The notes under the pieces are model-generated. The model had not been told where the DNA came from. It saw only the letters and a program-made list of their open reading frames with translations, and did not search any database. From Eledone cirrhosa (taxonomy: Eukaryota), in contig OZ024740.1 of assembly GCA_964016885.1 (NCBI GenBank), forward strand, positions 5,580,001 to 5,644,000: 64,000 nucleotides of DNA. Reading direction: 5' to 3'. Both the position numbers and the translations under genes were made by a program. Numbering within the stretch: position 1 is the stretch's first letter; the number at the start of each line of letters is the position of its first letter. Positions 37,630 through 50,476 of this stretch are shown here, piece after piece.

Positions 37630-40458
37630 GATTTAACCAAACCTAATCACTTCCAGACTACCAGATGTCTTGATCCTAACATAAGTCTTTAAGTCACCAT
37701 CTTGAGACCCGAATCAACCATAACAGTTTATGATTAAGCAGGGTACAAATTGTTGTCCTTAAATGCTCGCAGTTTATGCAACAAGATGCATCTGTTTAAC
37801 TCCTACGTCAGAAGCATCGACCCTGACTTCATCACAGTCACGGAAACATGGCCACATTCCTTACTCTGTGATGGTGTTTTCAGCATTACAGGGTACAACC
37901 TTTTCCGCAAGGACCGCATTAATCGCCGTGGTGGTGGCGTGATGGTCTACGTTCGTTCAAACTTTTCGGTAATTCCTTGCATTGATTTGAACGAATCACA
38001 AGAAGTTTTTTTTTGTGACATATGTATGACCATGTCAACACTTCTGCTTGGTGTTGTTTATCGCCCCCCAAACTACCACCAGGACACACAGCTTTGCAAT
38101 ATCCTCAGAGCTGCTGCCAGGAAAACAGCCACTTATGTGTTTATTGCAGGTGACTTCAATTGGGAAACCTTTCGTTGGCCACAAAGTGCAAACGATTTCC
38201 TTGAGCTAGTGCTGGACTCAAACTGGTCACAAATAGTCATCTCTCCAACAAGAGGTGACAACACTGGACCTGATCTTCACCACTACTCCTGAAGTGGTTA
38301 TCAGTTGTACTACTGAGGAACCTCTAGGCGACTCTGATCATGCTATGATCATTGCCAATATGGCTCTTCCAGGCAGCAACAAAAACCAGAACCATCTCCA
38401 ATCTGCTTGCAATTTGGGAAACTTCAGCGGTCCGACTTGCCAGGAAAGAACGTCGGAATGCTGAACTGCATAAATCAGATGCCAACAGGAAAAAGCGGAA
38501 TAAATCTTCCAACCATCTCAAGCAAGTGACAAAAAAGGCAGTGCTTGAATTTGAACAGTGCATAGCAACCAATCCTGACAGTAAGATGTTCTGGAAATAT
38601 GTATATTCAAAGCAGAGACCACACTCTCCAGTTGGTCCTCTTCGCAATCCCCACACAAGTCAGATCACTGAAGATCCCAAAGAATGTGCAGAACTCATTG
38701 CTGAGTGTTAGCAAGCATTTTTACTGTTGAAAACCAAAATGTACCATCTCCACCATCTCTAACATCAAATTCCATAACAACTATGGAATTTACACCTGCA
38801 ATGTTGCGACGTCACCTTAAGAATAAGCGCAATTATGCCTCCCTGGTCTTGATGGTGTTACATACCTGCTTCTCAAATGTGGTGGGTACTTCCTTTTGCA
38901 CCAGCTTTCTTTCTTCTTTCAATACTGTCTCAATAATGGTGCTACTCCGGAGTAGTGGAAAACTCCCAGTATCATTCCCCTGTTCAAAGAGGGCAACCGC
39001 ACGTCACCTGTCAACTATCGTCCAGTCAGTCTTACTAGCTGTATTGCCAAACTGATGGAATCCTGTGTCAGAGAAACACTTTGGAACTTCTGGAGCTCTC
39101 ACAGCCTCATCCGGCCCTCGCAGTTTGGATTTATCCCTAACTCCAGCTGCTGTGATCAGCTTATCGAGTTCCTTGAAGACATTACCTGGATCACTGGCAG
39201 TGGCTTATGGGTGGATGTTTACCTTGACTTCGCTAAGGCTTTTAATTCTGTGCCACACAAAAGACTTATGGCGAAACTCTCAGCAATGGGGGTGAAGGAT
39301 GATCTTTTTAACTGGTTGAAATCCTTCATTCTCAGCCGAAAAAGGGTAGTCACGGTTCTAGGACAGCATTCTTCACCATATGAGGGGTCATCTGGTGTAC
39401 CACAGGGATCTGTTCTTGGTCCCCTTTTGTTTGTGGCATATATTAATGACATAGATGGCAACTTAAAGAATGCCACAGTACTGAAATATGCAGATGACAT
39501 CAAGCTGTACCTTGAAATCAAAAGGACTGATCCTGAAATCTATAACTCTTTCCTACAATCAGACCTGGACACAATGCAGCAGTGGATCACAGACTGGCAA
39601 CTGAAGCTGGCTGTGGACAAGTGTACCACCATGCATTTTGGGAGGAAAAATCCAGCGTCCACATACTCCCTCCACAACACGGATATCAAGAAGTCCTCTT
39701 GTGAACGTGACCTGGGCATTACGGTCAGCAGCGTTTTGCGTTGGACAAAGCATGTCTCTAAGATTGTCAAGACGGCCGAGGGTGTCTTGGCATCACTCAG
39801 CAAGACCTTTGTTAGGCGCTCTCCAGACATCTATTTAAAGCTGTATACAGCTATGGTACGACCACACTTGGAATTTGCATCATCAGTCTGGAACCCCTAT
39901 CTTGCTCAGAACATTGACCTGCTGGAAACTGTTCAGAGACGTGCAACCAAGCACATACCCTCCATCAGTCACCTACCATACTCTGAACGCCTTTCTTCCC
40001 TGGGCATCGATTCATTGAAGCTCCGACATCTGGCAATGGACTTGGTAAACACCCACAAAGTTATTAACCATCTTGCCAACAACAACCCTGAACACCTTTT
40101 TGATCTCCATGTGTCTAACACATGTGGACATGCCTACAAAGTCAGAAAACAGCACAGCTCCCATGACTTTCGTAGACATTTTTTCACGCTCAGAGTTGCT
40201 GAAGCATGGAACAAACTACCTGCATCAGTTGTTAGCTGCCGAGACACTGCATCCTTTAAAACCCTCATGCTTCCCGAAATTTGCCAAAACTACACCCGAT
40301 GTACCCCTTCCATACACATGCACACGTGTATATCATGACTCATGCACTGTTCATTTTCCTGACGTTTGTACATTACCCTATGTACTATACATACACTTTT
40401 TGATGAGTTGTAGTGCACCTGAGCACTGTACACAATATTTTCATTATTATTATTATTT
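37630..40458 (+). mobile_element. CR1-clade LINE ORF2 (APE plus RT), frameshifted
   Basis: APE motifs LNARSLCNK..ITVTETW, VYRPP, AGDFN, SDH. RT motifs YLDFAKAFNSVPH, SGVPQGSVLGPLLF, KYADDIK, ERDLG. Ends in an (ATT)n tail. Confidence 0.95.
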
Positions 40459-40509
40459 CATTATCAACTTTAGTTGTTTGAAACATTCTTCTGCTCTTGT
40501 CTCTTGCAG

Positions 40510-40595
40510 GAACTTCGTGGCAACATCAGAGTCCATTGTCGTCTTCGACCTGTCTTTCACACAGATGTACACAATGATCCAGCGGCATTGGTTAG
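40510..40595 (+). CDS. Internal coding exon of a kinesin-14 family gene (KIF25-like), neck and motor start
   Basis: Polypyrimidine acceptor ttcttctgctcttgtctcttgcag and donor ag|gtgagt. The 86 nt encode ELRGNIRVHCRLRPVFHTDVHNDPAALV; ELxGNIRVxCRxRP is the kinesin-14 signature. Confidence 0.9.
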
Positions 40596-40642
40596 GTGAG
40601 TATACAACTTATTGGACCTGAACTGTGGTATTCTATATAATG

Positions 40643-40793
40643 TAGCAGTCACCAACCAGTGGTCCATGGACAACTGGTGGTCTGCAGAAGAATTTAATGT
40701 ATTTATCTTTTTAAAAAATTCATATTGGTGGTCCGTAGGATTCAAACTTATGAACTTAGTGGTCCATGAGGTCAAAAAGGTTGGCAACAGCTG
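40643..40793. mobile_element. hAT (Charlie/MER5-like) MITE
   Basis: TIRs tagcagtcaccaacc / ggttggcaacagctg, internal gtggtcc repeats, 8-bp TSD atataatg / atataaag. Confidence 0.75.
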
Positions 40794-40801
40794 ATATAAA
40801 G

Positions 40802-41175
40802 CATTGGGGATTGTCTGGCCACTTCCTCTTCGCACTTGTCGGCATCGAGACCCCAGGCATACTTGGACCCCGTACTGCCGAGCTCCTCCACAAGATTGGA
40901 ATGTCAGCAGCCCACTTAAGGAAGGATCCCGCGAAGTGGGGTGGCTGTTACAGCCGCTGTCACTGGCCATTGTCTGCAGAAATACTTTTGCGGTCTTGTC
41001 CATGGGGCACAGGCCTAACACTTCTCTGCCCTAGAGACCATCACCCTCCCTCTCTCATTCTTCTGTGACCCTACAGCATTTGCCTTTCCCTTCATTTTCA
41101 ATTTTTGAATATTGGTAGTGTTGTTATTTGAAGCAGATTTGTTTATGATTTTGGGGGGTTCTTATTAATAAAACT
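40802..41175 (+). mobile_element. CRE-like RLE non-LTR retrotransposon 3' end
   Basis: FLFALVGIETPGILGPRTAELLHKIG..RKDP/REVGWLLQPLSLAIVCRNTFAVL fits the F.P.AVETLG.WG...L..IG...GDPRE..FL.QR.S.AI.RGN..VL pattern recalled for CRE-type elements. AATAAA at about 41167. Confidence 0.7.
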
Positions 41176-41195
41176 TTTTTTCTTTAACTCTTTAG

Positions 41196-41558
41196 TATTT
41201 ACATTACTCTATATATACTATTGTATTTTCACAGTAAAGGCTTTACCTCACATAATATCTCACATACCATTTACATTACTCTATATATACTATTGTATTT
41301 TCACAGTAAAGTCTTTACCTCACATAATATCTCACATACCATTAACATTACTCTATATATACTATTGTATTTTCACAGTAAAGGCTTTACCTCACATAAT
41401 ATCTCACACAACATTTACATTACTCTATATATACTATTGTATTTTCACAGTAAAGACTTTACCTCACATAATATCTCACATAACATTTACATTACTCTAT
41501 ATATACTATTGTATTTTCACAGTAAAGACTTTACCTCACATAATATCTCACATAACAT
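41196..41558. repeat. 72-bp satellite, block 1 (about 5 units)
   Basis: Unit ttgtattttcacagtaaagtctttacctcacataatatctcacataacatttacattactctatatatacta. Confidence 0.95.
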
Positions 41559-41768
41559 CTCGTATACGAGAGACGTGTGTTGACGTGTGTGAACAAGCTC
41601 GGCTACCGAGTTGGATTTACTTACTAAAAAGTGAGTTTTGATTAATTTTTTTATACTGTAATATACGTTAACCCCTTGCCTGGGTCGTCAAACTTTGAGT
41701 TTATTTATTTTCGCCCCTTTTTGGGGCGAATTTTCCTTTTAAAAATTTATTACGGCAAACTGATAGAA

Positions 41769-43549
41769 ATGGACGGAATTTTCACATCTCATCCTAACGA
41801 GAAAGCCACGCCCCCTAAGGAAGGTGATACAGACAAGCTAGAAGCACAAGGCTCTAAGTCTTCTCTCCTCACTTCTGCAAAAGAAACATGGAACACGGAA
41901 TTAAAAGAAAAAATTGTAAAAATGGGTGAAAACCCAGAAAGTCACATAAACGCAGACAAAAACAACAATGACAATAACAGCAATAGTCACAACACCAACC
42001 AAGGAAAAAATAACGATATCACCAAACAAAGCGAACCCACTACTGGTGCCTCCTTTGCACAGGCGGTCCGAAAAACACAGACCTGCAAGCAACTGGACAT
42101 TACAACTCTGAGAGAAAAGATGAAGGAAGCAAAACAGTATGTAACTTTCAAAGAACGAGGAGACTTCACAATCACCTCCCCACAAGAAATCAAAAGAGAC
42201 ACGATACTAAGAACGATATCTTTCAGAACAATTTCCAACATAACAAGGAAACCAGCTCAATTATCCCAAAAAGAAATTGAGCTGGTCTTAAAAAATGTGT
42301 GGAGTGATATATCGTTCATACAAAAAGGGCCACTCTATGGGAATATAACGGTGCTAATGAAGGATCAATTGACGGCCAGGAAATACTCTGTGTCGCCAAT
42401 TGTTTCCAAGCTACACACATTTTCCCCCACATATTTGGGGAAAAGAACTCAAAAAATAAGAGTCTCCGGAATCCGGCCAAGTGCATGCATTTCCTGGGTA
42501 CTAACAGGATTTTTAGAAGACGAGGACGGAATCTTCTCAGTAGGAGAAGTCACCACAGACGTTTTCGGCGGTTTGAGCGTGGAGGTTCTGGTCCAAATAA
42601 GACCAGAACGAATAGCTAGAATACCACAGAGGGTGTCCCTCGATGGAGAAACATTTATATACATTTCAGCCGAGGGTAGGAGGCCCATATGTTACTACTG
42701 TTCAAGCAGGGGTCATCTAAGGGCTGCCTGTCCTCAATTGACAAAAAAAAGGCTCTTTTGCCTACACCCCACACACCACCACTGCCACCACCACCACCAC
42801 CACCACCACCACCACCACCACCACCACCACCACCACCACCACAACAACAAAAACAACAACAACAACAACAACAAAAACAACACGGAAAAACAACACAAGA
42901 CACGGTCCCACCCAAAACAACTCCCAAAACACACACAAACACAACAAAACCCCAAAATACACTACTACCTGACAGCACGGACGAGGACCCAGCTGAAACG
43001 GCACCTAGTGACGAAGAGGGGGGACCCTTCCAACCTGTAAAAAGAAAAAAAAGAAAACACCACACGAACATAAACGAAACAAACACACAACCACCAACAA
43101 AAACGATACAAACAGAACAAACAAAATCCACCCCACCCCAAAACATAACACATACAACAAAACGCAAGCACACACAAGAACAACAAACAAACACAACACA
43201 AATAAAACAGTATACATACATTAACACAAATAACAAAGAACTAGTAAAAACGATACACAAAGACCCTTCGGTGGAAACTGAAGGGCAATTCTTTGCAAGC
43301 GCGGCCAACAAACCGCATTTAAAAATGATAAGACTCCCAATGGACACCTATGCAAAACTAAGAGAGAACTTTCCTGAGGACGTGGGGAAAACATGTACTC
43401 GACCCTATAACCGCGTCCTCTTGAAACGTTTCCCCACCCACACCTCACCAAACACCCCCACCCCACCACAGAACAACACCCCACCAAACAACCCCTCCAA
43501 TACGCCCATGGATATTGTGCAACCTGCTCCTCAGGAGCCGAACAGGTAG
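41769..43549 (+). pseudogene. Tx1 ORF1 (gag-like), one frameshift near the A-run at about 42743
   Basis: CYYCSSRGHLRAAC knuckle. The C-terminal frame (..FQPVKRKKR..HLKMIRLPM..) is homologous to copy B at 54256-54900. Confidence 0.8.
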
Positions 43550-43570
43550 GTCCTTCCTCTTTTAACCAAC

Positions 43571-46500
43571 ATGGCTGATATAAGAGTTGGGTGTCTGAAT
43601 GTACGCGGCCTGGGACTGTCTTGGAAACAAGGCAAACTTTTAAACGATCTCAGGTCGCATAGAATGGATGTAATGGCTATTTGCGAGTCCAGGATCAGCA
43701 GCGAGCACCAACTGGCGCCCCTCTTCGACGACTTTGAGATCTTCGCATCTCTCTGTCAACCGGGGGGTGGGGGTGGAGTTGTCGTTCTGCTGCGAAAACA
43801 CCTGGGCCTCGCCATACATACAGAAGGTGCACCTGGATACGGAGGGTCACCTGGATGTTTTAGACGTCGGCAGTAGTGAAAGTGGAGCCCTTAGACTAAT
43901 TGCTGTGTACGACCCTTTTTGGGCAGCGCGGCCGGAATACTTCCAACGTCTGGAAACTTTTCTGGGAACGTCCCGCTCCTTGCTTTTAGTGGGGGACTGG
44001 AATGGTATCCTGGATGCACGTTGGGACTATGTAGGGCATGTGCCAATAGAGGGGGGTGTAAAAGCCTCAAAAGGTTAATCGGCCGATTTGACCTGGCCGA
44101 TAGATATCGACTAGATTTTCCGACTGTACCACTATGGACGTGGACCAATCGCAGCGGAACATCTAGGTCGTACCTAGATAGGGTCCTAGTTAGAGAGAAG
44201 GATAGGGACACATTTAGCTGTCCAAAAATGTTCATGGTTGACTATTCGGATCACAAGTTAGTGACCTGCATAGCCAACCTTGATAGAACCCATAGACAGG
44301 GACCCGGTTACTGGAAGCTGAACTTGTCCTTACCGACAAGCAAAGCTTACAGTAAACGGATTAGCACGTTAGTTAAGCAGAGTTTGACAGGGGAAATTGT
44401 CAACAACAGGTGGTGGAGCTCTCTTAAGAGAGCAATTAGAATAGAATCGATAGGTTTTAGTCAGGAATTAGCAAGGGATAGGAACAAGACGGAAAGGGAA
44501 TTAGTAGATAGAGTAGAAGAGGCGATTAGGAGTGGCAATGTAGCCGGCGTGCCGGCATCAAGAATGGCCTTAGACCAGTTCTTTGAGGTGAAGCATGAAG
44601 GCTGCGTTGTCAGGAGTAAAATACGTGCTCTGGGTAATGAGGGAGCCAAAGCTGTTAGCTGGGCCCGAGTGAAGAGGCAAAAAGTGGGAACAAGTCCACG
44701 ATTCGGTCTTTGAAGGACCAGGATGGGCGTGTGATCCTTGAACCTGGGCAGATGTTTGCGGCCTTTCAGTGGTACTTTGCACGACTGTTCGAGAGGGGCG
44801 GCGCGCCGGGTGAGACTATGGATTTCAATCCATACCTCGACGGTCTGCCGCGCCTCTCGGACGCGGAGGCGAAGTCCTGCGAAAGGCCGATTTCAGCTGC
44901 TGAGATAGGGGCGGCACTGAGCCAATGCGGCAAACGCAAATCCCCGGGTCTCGATGGTCTACCATACGAGCTATATGTAGCGATGCCGGACTTGTTCTCC
45001 GATATCCTCGAAGCGGTCTACTGCAACTGGCAGCAGAACGGGAGAATTCCCAGTTCTGTGACCAAGGATGAGGAAGGATGAGAACAAGGGGGATGACATA
45101 AGTAACTTCAGGCCCATAACTCTGCTAAATACAGAGTTAAAGATTTTGGCCAAGGTGTTAGCGAAGAGGTTGGCGCTTGTCGTCGGAAACCTGGTGGGAG
45201 AAGCGCAGACATGCGCTATCCCGTCCAGGTCCATTCACGACAATCTCCACCTTATGCGATACATCATAGAGAGGGTAGGGAATGAACCCGGCTTTGGTGG
45301 GGCCCTGATCAACTTGGATCAATCTAAAGCTTTCGATAGGGTTGACCATCGTTACCTGGATGCGGTGCTCGCGGCGGCAGGCTTCGGACCCGTTTTCAGG
45401 GGTTGGATTGCTGCGATGCACAGCAGCAACGTCTGCTCAAGGGTCAAGGTGAACGGCCACCTCTTGGAGCCGTTCCAAATCATGCGATCCATCCGACAGG
45501 GATTCCCTCTCTCCTCCCTTCTGTATGTGCTGGCTCTTGAGCCACTACTGCGGAAGTTGGAGCGGTTGCAGGGCATCCCTTTGTAACCGGGATTGCAGAA
45601 AGCGGCGTCAGCCTCCGCCGATGACGTGACAGTAATGGTGTCGAAAACCTCGCAAATCAGTGAGATCGGCACCTTACTGGAGAAATATGAAAGGTTTACA
45701 GGAGCCAAGCTGAACCGGGACAAGTCCGTCGGTTTGCAACTCGGAACATGGAGAGGCAAACCGATGCCCTCCAACGACGTCGTCGGACGCTGGACGGAGG
45801 GCCCGGTGAAGCTGCTTGGTGTCTGGTTCGGACCAGACCTCCAGGTGGAGAAAAACTGGAACGAGGTAACGGCCAGGGTGTTTGCACTCACCCAGAAGTG
45901 GGCCCAGTGCAAACTATCCCTGAAAGGTCGAGCGGAGGTGGCGAATACTTATATAGCATCCGTCATCTACTACCGCTTGACCGTAGTGTCTTGCCCAGTG
46001 AAAAGACTCGCCAAAATGGAGTGCGCGCTGTTCCAATTTCTTTGGAACAAGCGGGCCCCTTTGGTGAGGAGATCCATCTGCTGTCAACACCCTTCGAAAG
46101 GAGGGCTGGGGATGCCGTGGCTACAGATGCGTAAACACGCATTAAGGCTACGGCACCTCCAGGTATTCCTCACCGGTCAACCGGTGTGGGCCCCGTTTGT
46201 GAGGCGAGCCTTTCCCAGACTCGTCTCGCTCACCGAGCTGTAATCCTGAGTCAAGCAAAGACCGAGAAAAGTGGGCGACTGGCACATTGAATGTGCCCAG
46301 GCGCTCACGGCCCTCTGGAAAGCGGACCCGGCAATCAGTAGAGACTCCACCTCGACATTCTATAGAGGGTTGGTACGCAGCAGGTGCGACGATGCTCTCG
46401 GAGAAGCTCTAGGCATGGAAGAAGATGAACTGGCCAGTCTGTTCGGTAGGACGTTTGGCCCTGGACCGATGGACAACTTCCAAAAGTCCCTGGCTTGGCA

Positions 46501-46995
46501 GTGGTACCGAGGGGCTCTACCCGTTCGAGACAAGCTCCACAGGCATGGGAGCCTGGGTAGGGATCCTTTGAATAAGATCTGTCCGAGATGCATGCATGAC
46601 GATGAAACCGTTGCGCACGCATTCGTACACTCCCCAGGCATTGCTGACCTGTGGGGCTATGTGGAACGACTACTGTCGAGGGTGGGACGAATCCGATTGA
46701 CCACCAAGTCCATTGTCACGATCAAACCGCCTCCCCCTTTCAAAAACGAAGGAGAGGCGGTTTTTCTCTGTGTGATAGCCATGGCTAAAGAAGTTGTATG
46801 GTGGACGAGGCTGAAAGGGCTGAGGTCAGACACCTTTCTCTCCAGCCAACAACTGGTCCCCTTTTTCAAATACCATTTTAAAAGAAGGATCAGAATGGAG
46901 AGAGAGGTGCTCTACCCCAGCAAGTTTTATGAAAGGTGGGTGAAAGTAGGGAGAATGGCCAGAGTGAATGGGTCTTCTCTCTATATCAGCCTGTA
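43571..46995 (+). pseudogene. Tx1 ORF2 (APE-RT-zf), fragmented
   Basis: CLNVRGL, GDWNG, SYLDR, YSDH, GPGYWKLN, KSPGLDGLP, LDQSKAFDRV, SADD (mutated YADD), GGLG, CPRC..H. Confidence 0.88.
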
Positions 46996-47231
46996 TGTGA
47001 AAGAAGAGGAAAAAGAGGAGACGAGGGAAGCACCTACTCTTTGTGCTCCTGAGGAGAAGGGTTGCACATTTTTTCCGGGGTGTGTGCGACCCATGTTAAT
47101 GCCCCCTCCCTATTGAGGACTTCGTTTGTTGTTGTTATTTCATTGTTATATTTTTGTACTCGTGAATTATATGTAAACTTCCCCCCTTGTATCTGTCCCT
47201 ACCTTTTGTGCCCTGGTGGCAAATAAAGAAA

Positions 47232-48106
47232 TCACTCTATATATACTAGTGTATTTTCACAGTAAAGACTTTACCTCACATAATATCTCATATAACATTT
47301 ACATTACTCTATATATACTATTGTATTTTCACAGTAAAAACTTTACCTCACATAATATCTTACATAACATTTACACTATCTATATATACTATTGTATTTT
47401 CACCGTAAAGTCTTTACCTCACATAATATCTCACATAACATTTACATTACTCTATATATACTATTGTATTTTCACAGTAAAGTCTTTACCTCACATAATA
47501 TCTCACATAACATTTACATAACTCTATATATACTATTGTATTTTCAGAGTAAAGTCTTTACCTCACATAATATCTCACATAACATTTACATTACTCTATA
47601 TATACTATTGTATTTTCCCAGTAAAGTCTTTACCTCACATAATATCTCACATAAAACATTACATGACTCAATATATACTATTGTATTTCCACAGTAAAAG
47701 CTTCACCTCACATAATATCTCATAATATTTACATTACTCTATATATACTATTGTATTTCCACAGTAAAGTCTTTACCTCACATAATATCTCATAATATTT
47801 ACATTACTCTATATATACTATTGTATTTCCACAGTAAAGTCTTCACCTCACATAATACCTCACATAATATTTACATTACTCTATATATACTATTGTATTT
47901 CCACAGTAAAGTCTTTACCTCACATAATATCTCACATAACATTTACATTACTCTATATATACTATTGTATTTCCACAGTAAAGTCTTCACCTCACATAAT
48001 ATCTCACATAATATTTACATTACTCTATATATACTATTGTATTTCCACAGTAAAGTCTTTACCTCACATAATATCTCACATAACATTTACATTACTCTAT
48101 ATATAC
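47232..48106. repeat. 72-bp satellite, block 2 (about 12 units)
   Basis: Same unit as block 1, with some 70-bp variants. Confidence 0.95.
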
Positions 48107-50210
48107 ATCTGAACATCCTGAGCTCATTATGAACAGCATGTACAGCATCTGTGCCACGTAAGCGGAAAAAACATCCCAAAAGTGCAATTTGGGAGACTGC
48201 AGCAGTCCGTCTTGCCAGAAAAGATCGGCGCAATGCTGAACGTGAGTACAAACTTCACAAATCAGACATTAATAGGAAGAGGCGAAATAGATCGTCCAAC
48301 CACCTCAAACAGGTGACAAAAAAGGCAGTGCTTCAATTTGAGCAGCGCATAGCAACCAGCCCTGACAGTAAGGTGTTCTGGAAGTATGTTCACTCAAAGC
48401 AGAGGCCTCACTCTCCAGTTGGTCCTCTTCGTAATCCCCACACAAGCCAGGTTACTGACGACCCCAAGGAATGCGCAGAGTTCATTGCTGAATGCTATGC
48501 AGGCATTTTCACTATTGAAGACCAGAGTGTACCATCTCCACCACCTATGACACCGGACTCTATTACAACCATGGAATTTACACCTGCAATGCTGCGACGT
48601 CACCTAAAAAATAAACGCAACCATGCCTCTCCTGGTCTTGATGGTGTTACGTACCTACTTCTTAAACGTGGTGGGTACTTCCTTCTGCACCAGTTATCAC
48701 GCTTCTTCCAATTCTGTCTGAACAATAGTGCTACTCCAGAACAGTGGAAAACTGCCAGTGTCATTCCTCTGTTCAAAAAGGGTGACCGCACATCACCTGT
48801 GAACTATCGTCCAGTCAGTCTTACTAGTTGCATTGCCAAACTGATGGAATCCTGTGTCAGAGAAACACTTTGGAACTTCAGGAGCTCTCACAGTCTTATC
48901 CGGCCCTCGCAATTCGTATTTATCCCCAACTCCAGCTGCTGTGATCAACTTATAGAGTTTCTTGAGGACATCACCCGGATCACTGATGGCGGCTCATGGG
49001 TGGATGTTGTTTACCTTGACTTTGCGAAAGCCTTCAATTCTGTGCCACACAAAAGGCTTATGGCAAAACTCTCTGCAATAGGTGTGAAGGATGATCTTTT
49101 TAACTGGTTGAAGTCCTTCATTCTAAGTCGAAGAGAGGTAGTCACGGTTCTGGGACAGCATTCCTCACCATATGAGATGTCATCTGGTGTACCACAGGGA
49201 TCTGTTCTTGGCCCCCTTTTGTTTGTGGCATATATTAATGACATAGATGCCAACTTAAAGAATGCCACAGTACTAAAGTACGAAGACGACATCAAGCTGT
49301 ACCTTGAGATAAAAAGGACAGATCCTGAACACTATAGATCTTGCCTGCAGTCTGACCTGGACACAATGCAACAATAGATCTCAGACTGGCAACTCAAGCT
49401 AGCTGTGGACAAGTGCACCACCATGCATTTTGGGAGCAAAAACCCAGCGTCCACATACTCCCTCCACAGCACTAATATCAAGAAGTCTTCTTGTGAACGT
49501 GACCTGGGCATTACGGTCAGCAGCGATTTGCGTTGGACGAAGCACGTCTCTAAAATTATCAAGAGGGCCGAGGGTGTCTTAGCATCACTGAACAAGACCT
49601 TTGTCAGTCGCTCTCCAGATATCTATTTATGGCTGTACATGGCTATGTTGCGACCACACTTAGAATTTGCATCACCAGTCTGGAACCCCTATCTTGCTCA
49701 GAACATTGACCGCCTGGAAACTGTTCAGAGACGTGCAACCAAGCACATACCCTCCATCAGGCATCTACCATACTCTGAGCGCCTTGCTTCCCTGGGCATG
49801 GATACATTGAAGCTCCGACGCCTGGCAACTGACTTGGTAAACACCCACAAAATTGTTAACCATCTTGCCAACAACAACCCTGAGTACCTTTTTGATTTCC
49901 ATGTGTCTAACACACGTGGACATGCCCACAAAGTAAGAAAACAGCACAGTTCCCATGACTTTCGGAAACATTTTTTCATGCTCAGAGTTGCTGAAGCATG
50001 GAACAAACTACCTGCATCAGTTGTTAGCTGTCGAGACACTGCATCCTTTAAGTCCTTCATGCTTCCCGAGATCCGCCAACACTACAGCTAACACATACAC
50101 ACATGTACTTCCTGACATTTGTGTATTATTCTATGTACTATACATACACCTTTGACGAGTTGTAGTGCACCTGAGCACTTTACACAATAATTTCATTATT
50201 ATATTATTAT
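48107..50210 (+). mobile_element. CR1-clade LINE, 5'-truncated, inserted in the 72-bp satellite
   Basis: ORFs 48151-49377 and 49405-50091 are in frame with one stop. YEDD replaces YADD. ATT-rich tail, then the satellite resumes at 50211-50271. Confidence 0.95.
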
Positions 50211-50476
50211 TATACTATTGTATTTCCACAGTAAAGGCTTTACCTCACATAATATCTCACATAACATTTACAAAAAGGAAAAATTGTAAACGTAAACCTT
50301 TGTTTTTGTTGTTCTTGTTTGCCTCTGATCCAGCAAACTTATCACCAAACCTATTTCAGCTGTGACCATACCAACTTTTATTCAGACATGGTGTATCTAG
50401 GACTACACAATGCACTGTGTAATTTTTTTAATTCTATACAGAGAGGGAGAGAGAGCGAGAGAGAGAGATATAGATA

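Larger units (their letters stand above)
41559..47231 (+). mobile_element. Full-length Tx1-like (L1 group) LINE, copy A, inactivated
   Basis: 5' UTR, ORF1 with CCHC knuckle, ORF2 with APE, RT and zinc finger. 3' end ccctggtggcaaataaagaaat. Inserted in the 72-bp satellite. Confidence 0.93.

Noticed and set aside
41676-43040. 454-aa poly-His protein as a host gene
   Set aside because: It is Tx1 ORF1; the poly-His comes from reading the (CCA)n tract out of frame after a frameshift
41196-48106. 72-bp array (and the 65-bp array at 63185-64000) as CRISPR arrays
   Set aside because: No unique spacers, no cas genes, and a eukaryotic context
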